Shown piece after piece: positions 27,316 through 38,613 of a stretch of 64,000 bases of DNA. The DNA is from Oculina patagonica (Eukaryota). A model generated the notes under the pieces. The model did no database searches. It saw only the letters and a list, made by a program, of their open reading frames with translations, and was not told the DNA's origin. Location: assembly GCF_052425735.1 (NCBI RefSeq), contig NC_135758.1, forward strand, positions 35,650,001-35,714,000. The letters run 5' to 3'. Numbering within the stretch: the first letter of the stretch is position 1; each line of letters begins with the position of its first letter. Made by a program: the position numbers and the translations under genes.

Positions 27316-27863
27316 AAAAAAGATATAAATAAATTCTCGTCTGCACGTGCCCTTGCCCTCATGTTTCTTCAAGTTCCTAACATATGGTTTGACCTTCAAC
27401 GCCTACAATTATAGTTCTGGCCTGATATTTGTTTCGGCAAAATCTGCAATGACTTTGAATAAGCAATAAACAGTTCTTCGCTGTATTAACAATGGCAGAT
27501 TTCTTTTATCATTATCTTTTTGTTCATCGTGATTTTCTTCTTATCAACAAGTTTTTGTGACGTCCGAACGGTTGCCGTATATATACCATTGCGTGTAAAG
27601 GTTACAAAAACAAAACAAAAAAATTTGGGACGGATAGCTGCATTTATGTATCTGTAATCTTCTCTTTACTTAAAGTACGATATCGCACAACGGATTTCCT
27701 TTACTAGTGGATTACATTTTTCGCGAAATGTGAGTTACTGACACATGTTTACTTTAAAGTTAGCTGATTGTTTTTTTTGCATTCTTGTGGACTTCAGATG
27801 TTATCTTATCGCATTAAGAGTCGAAGTAAACTTACCTCTGTTTTTACATTTCTGTAATCATAG

Positions 27864-30861
27864 GATCCAGTTAAATCCTGACCAAGCTGAGATTGTTGAA
27901 TTTGCAAAACAGGGGCATAATCTTTTGATTACTGGCCAGGCAGGTGTCGGGAAAAGCGAAGTAGTGAAAAGAATAATCCACAATGCAAAAGAGCAGGGTC
28001 TGAAAATAGCAGTGGTTTGTTCAAGTGGCATTGCATGCCAAGTCTATGAGAGTTCTGTTGCTTCGACTGTCCACTCGTACTACGGGCTCCAAACAGCAGA
28101 TCTTCCGTGGATTCAGGTCATAGACAGAGCAGCTGAAAACTCCTTGGTCAGGGAAAGAGTGATGTCTGTGGACGTAATCATTTGGGACGAGGCTAGTATG
28201 TCGAGTCAAAGAATGTTTGAACTCGTCAATTGTTTGCACCATCAACTTGCAGACGAATTGAATTGCCAACTCCCCTTCGCAGGAAAACAACTCATTCTTG
28301 TGGGGGAGTTTTTGCAACTGCAACCCGTCCCAAACACGTTTGACGAGGGCAGTTTTATGTTTCTGTCGCCCGTTTTTGCCGCTTCGATTTCTCACCGCTT
28401 CGAGCTCACCGAGGTTATGCGCCAATCCGATGCCGAACTTTTGTTCGCTATATCTGACCTTAGAATGGGTAAATGTTCGGCAAGAACCGAAAATTTTTTG
28501 TTGGCGCTTTGCAGGGAACTGCCACCGGTTATAGCGAATAACGCCACGCATATCTTTTTTAGAAAAATCCCCGCGATGCTGTTCAACCAACGACGGATCG
28601 ATGAACTTCCAGGGGAGCTGGCTGTCTTTGATGCCATCGTTGAAAATGAGATGTCCGGGAGCATGAACTGGCCAGGCCAGCGTCGCTTACAGTTGAAGCA
28701 CAACTGTAAAGTGTTTGAAGTGTTTGATCAGCTTTCACAGAACGAGTCTTACCTTGCCACACCCTCTCCGGATTGTTATGACGCATGTAGAGCTTATCTA
28801 AAATCGTTGAAAAGGGGCGATTCGACACTAGCTTTTTTGCGCCAGAAAAACAACGCTATCGATTATTTGTTGAGGGCCGACCGTGAAAGTCAGTTGCACG
28901 CCTTTATCAACATCCTTTGGTACCACGCGTTTCTCATCATTAACGATCATATCGTGGAAAACGCCCACGAAATCGTTGCAAACGTTGGGCGCCAACACTT
29001 CACCGAAGCTGCCTCTCAAATGCACGTACTTTTTCAGAGTGCGGACTTTGCCAGTTATGTCTGTGCCATTTTTGATACCAGTACGCATGCAGCCACAGAA
29101 AGAGCAGTTGCAGTACAGCTTTCGACCTCGATTTATTGGAAATTCGTGCGTCATCTGGTTTCCCTTGTTAGACGGCGACGTGAAAATGACGAAATTCCAT
29201 TCAGTGTGGAGGAGATGAGCAGTGTTGGAAAAGCGAAGGTTCGCCATGTGGGAGGATGGGCAGTGAGAAAGATCCTCACTCGTTACCGAAAGTATGTACA
29301 GAGAAATATGTTCTCTACCAACAGTGCAACTCAGTCCAATGTGGAAAAACAACAGAAGCTCTGCGAGTTGTTAGAAGAAAACATCATCATCCCTTACGCC
29401 AAGTTAGAGGAGGTTACCAAGTACCCCGAGACCCTCGAAGTCACTGAAGCCCGACAGTACAGAGGACGTGGCTTGCTCCACATATCAGACGAGGCGTATT
29501 TGTTTTTCATCCATCTAGAAGGAAGAAGAGTTGAGCTGTTGAACCAACAAAGATTACAGGAAGAGATGGAGAAGATGGTGGAGACAGCAATGAGAGAGTT
29601 GGCAAGAGACGGAACTATTAAAGTTAATTGGCGAAGATGCTTTGTTACAAGGGATGCCGAGGGAAACACGGTAGGTGCCTTGTCGAGATAAGTTTGTGTT
29701 TCAGGCTAACCTAGCACGAAACATGGAGTATTACATAAAGTATAAAACGCCGCTGACAAATTCACCGGGCGCTGGTACGTCTGTAGTTTCGCTTTGAGTC
29801 GAACTTTCTCGTGATTTTTACTTGCTGCTTTTAGTTTTCGTGTTCTTTGTCCATTTTATGTTAAGGGATATCGCATCCCTTCCCTTTAAACATGAAATTT
29901 CAGGAGAACTTGTACCACTATATAAGGACAGGAATTCACATGAGCGCACAGCCTATTTAAATTTAGATCGACCTTGCTAAGTTTTGACTACATAATTAAC
30001 ATGGCGTGTCGCTAATTCACGTTTCATCTTTTTTTTATGTTTCAAGGATCTGCTGGAGACGATGCTGGGGAACCTCTTATTCTATTATTTAAACATGGGA
30101 ACCTCCCAGTTCTTGAGAGACTTTAGACGCGCACACCAAGTCAAGAAAAGCGTCGAACTGCGGAAAAGAGTGCTGCAACGTCAAGAACGCACTAAGGAAA
30201 GGACTGATAAATTGCCCTTCGAGGTAAGTGTTAACAATGACATACGATGCAAATGGAATCTGTTTTGATCGTATGCAACTTAACGTTTGCATGCAATTAC
30301 GTAATATTCAGAGGAGGAGCCCAGGAGGGGGGGGGGGGAGTTGGGGTGTTTACACTAATCATAATGAATGCACCATCATTATTGCAAGTTCAAAAAGAAA
30401 ATTTTAATTACTGAAATACACATAAATACATACATATAAGTGCAAACATGTCGACCTGTTATTTTGACTGGCTACTCCATCTATATAGTACTTTTTGCTG
30501 TGTTATTTGTTCTGTTTAGGAAATTGTTAAAGACAGAAGCAACAGAAAGCATGTATCACATGGTAGACTGGCTGGTTTTATTGAAAAACATAAGGATGCT
30601 GGATTGGGCCGAGCATACCTCAAGTCTAAGCTGATCTTACTGTGTGAAGCATACAACGTTCAAGTTTCTTCAAGATCTACTAAACTGGAGATTGCGAGAA
30701 AGTTGGCCGAAGCAGTCAGGTTGAACACCTACATACCATTCATTTCACCAGTCGATGACTGACAGTACAGAGTAGCTGAAAGTGTGGACTCACATGGACA
30801 CATTAGGATTTGTCTCCGAATGATGAGACCATCTGAACCCAATGAGCCGTCACATGAATAA
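27864..30861 (+). pseudogene. PIF1-family helicase (N-terminal half) fused to a P-transposase-CTD-like domain and a SAP-like motif; exons ~27864-29670, 30047-30223, 30520-30861; 5' exon(s) not resolved
   Basis: Motifs GQAGVGKS (I), SSGIAC (Ia), STVHSYYG (Ib), IWDEASM (II), LVGEFLQLQPV (III), LTEVMRQSD (IV), LQLKHNCKV. Motifs V and VI are absent. GT-AG introns are in phase. TGA at 30760-30762 precedes a further 32 open codons. Confidence 0.8.
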
Positions 30862-31030
30862 TTTTGCAAATCGTAAAAAGAGGTAACAGTACAGTACTAC
30901 CCTTTATGTCTTTGCACAGTTATAATGCCTGGTTTAGCGTGCAGCCACCTCCAGCATTTCAGTTATCCATTTGTAAACTTTTGGATCTTAGATTTTGTAG
31001 CAAACAATATCAGCTTACTTGAGACTGGAG

Positions 31031-34000
31031 CTACTTACTTTTTCCTGCATTGCTTTTTGGGCTTATTGTGGTTTGGCCCAGTCTGATTGAATTCTGTGTG
31101 GACTGCTGTTGCAGGAATGTTGGATTATCATTCTGACCATTGCAGGAACGAATTTGGCAGAAATGATTTTCAACACAGTCCTGATTGACGATAGAAGGCT
31201 TTATCACAGGATTTGGAAATTTAGTTAGTTTGATTGTAATAAGAGACTGAAAACCAAGACACATCGACTGAAGATCAAACCACAGTTTGCTTGATATAAA
31301 TTCATTTCTTTTTTCTTTAGTTTGGGCATCCCACTCTACTATCAACTTGTAAAACGCATCCAGCTTCTTAAGCCTGCCATCGCTTGTGGTGTTGATGTAT
31401 AACTTGTCATTAAATAAGCTTGTTATCTCGCTTGTGTGCTGCAATAGTGTTATTGCTGAATTAAGAGTACTTCCATCCTTTCCAGTGGCATTGAGATGTT
31501 CCTGGTACTTCTGCAATCAAAACAGTTCATCTCATGTGGTTATCAGAACTTATCGCAATCTATGATGAAAGAAATGTGTTAGAACACAATAGTGTTCACA
31601 CTGCGAAAGCACAGAACTGAAAGCAACTGATTGGTTTTTAATAATGTTTAACTTCCTCATTTCTAATCCAAAAAGGTGTCAATATGCCATTTTTTATCGC
31701 CTCATGACAATAAGTGTTTGTCAAAGAGACACTCGATGTCAAGGTAACCTCAAGTGGTTGTCTTGAACTGCATGTTGACATTTAACACTGACTTTGGCTA
31801 ACAGCTCAATCGATGGATCAGTCAATCAATTAACTACAAACCTGCATAAGAAACAGCATTTTGCAGTCCAGTACATCCTCAGCAAGATGATTTCTCATTT
31901 TAGCAGCTGAATCCAACTCAAAATGTTGTGGGGTTAAGCGCTCATGCAGGGGCAGTGAAAAGCACTCTTGATCCCAGTTGAAAGCTTGTCGGAATTGCTG
32001 CCAAGTTACTGCTTTCCGTCCCAGTTTAAGACATCTAGGCTTGCCTTGGACATTGCTCTTTTGGACATTGTTGCGGATTTTCTTTATGTTGTGCTGTACA
32101 TGTAAGTTAAATATTAGCAACCTTCAGTTGATTGTTAGCTCAATAAATAATTTTAATGTTTGCTTTATTCCAAACATTGCACTTGCAACTAACCTTTGGA
32201 TCCATGATGAACACCATGGGGCCTCCTGTGTAGATATTGTGTGTAACAAATTTGTCCTCAACTGGATCTTTGTCTTTGAAATGAATTTTGACAAATTGCC
32301 TGTTACAGTCAGCACCATCCATGACACACCAGTACACCCTATATACATAATAATTGAATTAAAGTTTATTAATGTATTAATGTTTAAATTACATTACTTT
32401 GTTTAGATGCTGTTGCATCTGGTTGAGTTGGACATTTTCAAAGCAGATGAGTTGCTGATTAAACCACTTTAGACATGTCTAACATATAAGTAATTTCACA
32501 TTCTTATAAAGTGTAGATACTTTTCACTGTTTATTATAAAACCCACTAGATGTGGTAAATAGACTTCAATTTTGAATTTACAGTACGATTCATTAGTTTA
32601 GTTTAATTGAAGAAACATTTAATTACAGTACATGTAGGTTATCAGATGAAGAGTGCTTGCATTAGTAAATGTAACATTTGCCTGATGACTCACACAAATC
32701 CAATTTCTAGCATCTTCAGAACTCCCTCCCAGAAGAGGAAGTACAGATCACTTGGAGTACAATCTCCTGATGGGAATTGAGCAATGGGAAATCGAAACCC
32801 ACAGTCACTCACAAATATGAACTGTAAGACATGTGTTGCCAATTCAGGTTCCTCAGTTTTACCTAAGAAGAAAATAGTATTGATATTTATAACGGTTGTA
32901 ATGTAGAGCGTTAATTAGCTGTTAAATAAATGCAATGCCATGTTGTATTGCATTTTTTTGGTTTAAGAACAAGGTAAGAGTTTGTATAAACTTGTTTAAC
33001 TTAGATAATCAGATTATATAACTTATACCACTTATACAGTTAGGATTTACATTGTTAAATCCTTTTCCAGAGGAATGTGCATTATAGTCCCTTTAAAGCT
33101 CCTGTGTAAATTTTTCCTTAACAGAGTTAACTAATTGGAAGTAATACGTACCTGAAAGACTTCTCATTAAATCGTGCCCCTCACCAAGGTCTACGAAACC
33201 AATGAGCCTGTGTTTTCCATTTTTAATGGCCATCTCCAGGTTTTCCTGTTGCTTTTCAAGTAAACAAAAATAATATACAGTGATCAGGTTACTCATTGTG
33301 CCAACAGTTAGGCTAGAGATGTTGTGTTTCAGGGCTGTCATTAAGGGATGATTTCATTTCATTTTACTTGATGTTATGGGTGATGGTTACTGTAACGAAA
33401 GAAATTGGTAACAATTTCTGCAGTTAAAGCAATAAAAGCTAATAAAGGCGATGAGTGTTTCAAATTTGAGGAAAGTCCTGTGTATTAAGTCAAGGAAGAC
33501 AATGCTCCAACTCTGTGTCAGTACAAGATTATTTATTGTGATGTTATTAGTCTGGAGTACCTGGATTTTCATCTCGTCTATTGCAAATCCGCCCCAGAAA
33601 TCTGCTTCCTTTAGCCCTTGTTTCTTAGCGTCATTCAAACACCACAGGAGTGTTTTGTCATTCCATCCCGATGTCTCCTCCACTCTGTTTTTATTCTGTC
33701 TGTTTGCAAAATTTAAGATAGAAAGCAGGGGAACAATGTGATATGGTTTTTGTATCTGTCATTTGATGGAATAAGTTCGTGATTGGTTGGGTTTATTAGA
33801 TTTCCTCAAACTCACTTGAGTGTGTTTATCTGCACATGGACGGGGAAAATTGCCATTAATACTACTATTAATATTATTATTATTGTTGTTGTTCTTGTCG
33901 TGGTTGGTTTTTGTTTTTTTGTTGTTATCTTTAAATAAAAGACAATTGCCATGTGGAGTCTTGTTCATATGCATACATGAGTCGTTTTCAATTCCCCGGG

Positions 34001-35605
34001 AGCCATTTATACAGGCAAACAATGTCACGGTCCTGAGTAAATGGCATGTTATGTACAGTACGATTTAAACAATGGTGTAATTTACATTGTGGTATGCTAG
34101 GTAATCCCTACCTGATTGTTTTGTTGCTGGGAAGAATGAGGACTTCCCTAAGTGGATCTAACACACGGGGGTTCTTGCAGTACAGCTCGATACACAACCT
34201 CATAATCCTGGCAAAAGTAAAAATGTTACCTTTAGTATTGATATACATGCAACGGATTGGATTAAGTATGTAAGGCAAAGATTCGGAGCATCCTGACCTG
34301 CAGAGTACTTCATAGTAAATAAGGGTCTAAGAGTTAAACAAGAAACTTACTTCGGATGCCAGCGATAGCCATTCTTTTTTGTGCGAGCCAACTTGTTTTG
34401 CTGCTCCCAGAGACACTTCATATCCTCGGGTATGTTGTCTTTTGGTAGACTATTCCATATGGCAGACAAGTCTTCGTGATCTTCAGCTTCCATTTCAATA
34501 GCCTCTGACATAAATTTCTCACGCCAATAATTCTCTCGGTTTTCTGCATTTCTCTTTGCGTTGCGTTCCTGTGCCAGTTGTACAATAACTTCTTCCTTTG
34601 TAAGGTATCGCTTGTTGGTTGCTGGGTGAATGCTGCCCCTTTCAAGTTTTCTCTTCTTCCTCCTGTTGTCAATTAACGTGACGAAGGTGACTACAAGTCA
34701 CGCAACAGTTCCCAGAGGAAGTCAGAACTTGACATGAGGATGAAAATGCTCTGATTTCTGAGGTTTTTGACTCGGTTGTCCGTAGATCTTGGAAAGACCC
34801 GCTTTCGTGTGGGAGTAAAGCTACCACAGCCTCGTCCTCTGCAAGACTTATTCCTTGGCATATGGTAGAGTGTTCTAAGAATGCTAAAATTGTGTGTACC
34901 TGGTCCTTCAGAGGACGATTATGCAGGTCAACGATCTTGATGTCCTTCCCGATGTCGATCTCACACCCATGAGATGAAATCGTGTAAGAACGCTCACTGG
35001 AATCGGATATGTTAATTGAAAGTTCCGTGGTCACTCGTTGCTTTTTAAAAGTCCACTTTTCGTGACGAACGAAGCTGATCTTGTTAGGGCGATCCGTAAT
35101 TTGTATCCAACTATCGGGTAGTTTTATTTCCTGATCGCAGCACAGTTCGAGGGAACCTTCAAATGAATTCTCAGGATTGATGGCCTTTCGTTTAAGATTT
35201 AGGTAAAAGGATCGTCGTTGCCCTCGTGGACCTCTTTTCACAAGTTTAACTTTGTCACCCCACATTTCTTTAACAAGAAGCCCCAAATGCTTGTTATTCA
35301 AGGGGTTAACGTTCTCTTTCACTGTTATTGAATCCTCGATCAAATCCGGTACGGCCAGCAGAGCATTCTCAGCGATTTCGTACCTAAACAGTAACCTAAT
35401 AATCAACGAAGAAAAGTGATTTATATTATTTAGGTGCACATTACACACGGATCGGGTACAGCTTGTTAACTTCAGCGATGAACATCACCATAGTAAATTT
35501 AACTTACCACGTTTTCCAGCTCAACGTGTTTGGGATCGTTTTTATTTGAACCTCACTGTCTCGGCCGCCGAAAGTTCTTTTCTGTGGTGTAGACAACATG
35601 TTCAT
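31031..35605 (-). pseudogene. P-element-superfamily DDE transposase with an N-terminal RFX-like winged-helix domain; 9 exons (35605-35508, 35383-34351, 34207-34112, 33699-33561, 33245-33152, 32862-32694, 32338-32194, 32093-31842, 31510-31031); one frameshift near 34670
   Basis: WEQQ..GYRWHP, LYCKNP..LILPS (HTH region), FAIDEMKIQ (D1), VMDGADCN (D2), DPKHNIKKIRNN (DxxH), KMRNHLAEDVL, NQDCVENHF (E). All introns are GT-AG and phase-compatible. About 830 aa if the frameshift is corrected. Confidence 0.9.
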
Positions 35606-35672
35606 AGCAAACGGAACTCACAAGAAGGTAGCGTGATCCAGACGACCGTTCACAATTTTTATATTTTAAAAG

Positions 35673-36753
35673 AGACGTAAACACGACCCGGCGTCGTTGC
35701 GATTGGCTATTTAAGACAATGACCCGGAGTCGAATTTCTCCGAGGGTACAGTGGCCGGTAGGTAGTTTGTTGCTCGACATCGGACCCTCGGCGTCCCTGG
35801 AGGAGTTACTTTTGCGTGGAGACTTGGCTACTAAGCCAGGCTTCGAGCGAACGTGTGTCTTCAAACGGTTAGTCACGGCGGTTGGGAAATTCAGACGGCT
35901 AGATTTCGAGAAGAAAAATGTAGAGTTGTGTGATGGAAAATGTACGGATTGTTTAGCAGTGGCATTCCATGCAAAGAGCAACCTTCGGGCTGCAAGATTG
36001 TCGAGGTTTTTTGGTCTCTGGAGAATTTGGAAGTAGGATTTTTCGCTCCAGAAGGCATGCCTCCTTAGGAACTAGTGTACAGCCTTCTCCTTCTTTTGGT
36101 AGAGAGGGGACAGCGCGAAAAAAAAAAATCGGCTAAAATGGCATTAAATCGCCAACGAACTGCCCAGGGAGGACGCAAACTTCACCAACAGTGTCGTAGA
36201 GGCAAGGTAAGTCATTTCTTTTTGAAAATTTTTTCAATATATTTGGCTTGCTAACCACCTTCATTTCGTTCCATACAAATCCTTATATTTTTGAAATTTA
36301 AATTCGACTCAACGGTCATCATGTAACAAAACACCGCTCGCGTGCGGAATCCTTATATTTAGAAATTTACACTGCACACAACTGTCTTACTGTCATCATG
36401 TAACAAAACACCGCTCGCGTGCGGAGCTCTCAACCTTATCGCGCACAGACATGTCAGGCATACCGCACAAATAAATCGGCTAATTGGCTTCAAAAATCGC
36501 CAAAACACCACGAATCGAGAAAAAACACATCAAATAAGACGGCGCGATAGGAAAAATTGATTTTTATTTAAAAACTGCAACATATATCTGGCTAATTTTA
36601 CATTAGGGTAAAATCACATCATCGAGATCATAAGTGCAACCCGCCGTAACACAACACCTCCATATGGTGCAAGGCGAGAGTCACGTTTTTGCATACAATT
36701 AACATATGAATTACTGTATAAACTCCTCTTATTGTGAGCTTGGGCCGCCTGTG
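35673..36753 (-). repeat. Right long TIR (beta variant, with an extra 40 bp and an internal ~77-bp duplication)
   Basis: Inverted match to 26364-27315. Its outer ~625 bp is nearly identical to 36781-37405. Confidence 0.92.
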
Positions 36754-36780
36754 GAAGCACCGACAATCTGTCACTGAGAA

Positions 36781-37923
36781 CACAGGCGGCCCAAGCTCAC
36801 AATAAGAGGAGTTTATACAGTAATTCATATGTTAATTGTATGCAAAAACGTGACTCTCGCCTTGCACCATATGGAGGTGTTGTGTTACGGCGGGTTGCAC
36901 TTATGATCTCGATGATGTGATTTTACCCTAATGTAAAATTAGCCAGATATATGTTGCAGTTTTTAAATAAAAATCAATTTTTCCTATCGCGCCGTCTTAT
37001 TTGATGTGTTTTTTCTCGATTCGTGGTGTTTTGGCGATTTTTGAAGCCAATTAGCCGATTTATTTGTGCGGTATGCCTGACATGTCTGTGCGCGATAAGG
37101 TTGAGAGCTCCGCACGCGAGCGGTGTTTTGTTACATGATGACAGTAAGACAGTTGTGTGCAGTGTAAATTTCTAAATATAAGGATTCCGCACGCGAGCGG
37201 TGTTTTGTTACATGATGACCGTTGAGTTGAATTTAAATTTCAAAAATATAAGGATTTGTATGGAACGAAATGAAGGTGGTTAGCAAGCCAAATATATTGA
37301 AAAAATGTTCAAAAAGAAATGACTTACCTTGCCTCTACGACACTGTTGGTGAAGTTTGCGTCCTCCCTGGGCAGTTCGTTGGCGATTTAATGCCATTTTA
37401 GCCGATCGCCAACGATCTGCTCAGGGAGGACGCAAACTTCACCAACAGCGTCGTAGAGGCAAGGTAAGTCATTTTTATTGAAAAATTTTCAAACATATTT
37501 GGCTTGCTAACCACCTTCGTTTCGTTCAATACAAATCCTTATATTTTTGAAATTTACATTCGACCCAACGGACAACGGTCATCATGTAACAAAACACCGC
37601 TCGCGTGCGGAGCCCTTAGCCTTATCGCGCACGAACATGTCAGGCTTACCGCACAAATAAATCGGCTAATTGTCTGTTTACATCAAATAAGACGGCGCGA
37701 TAGGAAAAATTGATTTTTATTTAAAAATTGCAACATATTTCTGGGTAATTTTAAATTAGAGTAAAATCTCATCATCGAGAGCTTGGCTTTTACATAAACA
37801 TAAGTGCAACCCGCCGTAACACAACACCTCCATATGGTGCAAGGCGAGAGTCACGTTTTTGCATACAATTAACATATGAATTACTGTATAAACTCCTCTT
37901 ATTGTGAGCTTGGGCCGCCTGTG
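36781..37923 (+). mobile_element. 1143-bp internally deleted derivative of the P element (beta end plus alpha end), in the opposite orientation
   Basis: CACAGGC...GCCTGTG termini. The beta arm (36781-37406) joins the alpha arm (37405-37923) at a 2-bp AT microhomology. Confidence 0.9.
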
Positions 37924-38073
37924 GTGCTTCACGTTTAATTTCATCTCGCGAAATTGCTGTAAATATTTGTTTGGGAAACGTCCAAACTTCGGAAGATTCC
38001 CGCCCAAGTGGGTGAATCGACTCAATATCATTAATATTGACAACTACTTTTTTAAAGTTTTGCTATTACATTG

Positions 38074-38573
38074 NNNNNNNNNNNNNNNNNNNNNNNNNNN
38101 NNNNNNNNNNNNNNNNNNNNNNNNNNNNNNNNNNNNNNNNNNNNNNNNNNNNNNNNNNNNNNNNNNNNNNNNNNNNNNNNNNNNNNNNNNNNNNNNNNNN
38201 NNNNNNNNNNNNNNNNNNNNNNNNNNNNNNNNNNNNNNNNNNNNNNNNNNNNNNNNNNNNNNNNNNNNNNNNNNNNNNNNNNNNNNNNNNNNNNNNNNNN
38301 NNNNNNNNNNNNNNNNNNNNNNNNNNNNNNNNNNNNNNNNNNNNNNNNNNNNNNNNNNNNNNNNNNNNNNNNNNNNNNNNNNNNNNNNNNNNNNNNNNNN
38401 NNNNNNNNNNNNNNNNNNNNNNNNNNNNNNNNNNNNNNNNNNNNNNNNNNNNNNNNNNNNNNNNNNNNNNNNNNNNNNNNNNNNNNNNNNNNNNNNNNNN
38501 NNNNNNNNNNNNNNNNNNNNNNNNNNNNNNNNNNNNNNNNNNNNNNNNNNNNNNNNNNNNNNNNNNNNNNNNN
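38074..38573. other. Assembly gap (500 N)
   Basis: Run of N. Confidence 1.
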
Positions 38574-38613
38574 TCGCCAGGCCAGCCTGCATGTATAATG
38601 CAGTTTTACATTA

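Larger units (their letters stand above)
26364..36753 (-). mobile_element. 10.4-kb P-superfamily (Galileo-like) DNA transposon with ~1-kb TIRs and two convergent genes
   Basis: Termini CACAGGCGGCCC...GGGCCGCCTGTG. TIRs at 26364-27315 and 35673-36753. Internal P-type DDE transposase. 7-bp target sites ttctcag and gtgcttc. Empty site in the paralog at 23109-23135. Confidence 0.93.

Noticed and set aside
26970-27414. Short ORFs duplicated in both TIRs (also 35553-36036, 36628-36828, 37504-38043)
   Set aside because: They recur only because the TIRs are repeated. Indels between the TIRs break their frames, and there is no THAP or other recognisable motif.
27745-29691. 648-aa ORF as a Helitron RepHel or host PIF1 gene
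   Set aside because: No HUH Rep domain or Helitron TC/CTRR ends are evident, and it lies inside P-type TIRs. The ORF's first ~40 aa and its terminal VGALSR are intron read-through, not helicase motif VI.
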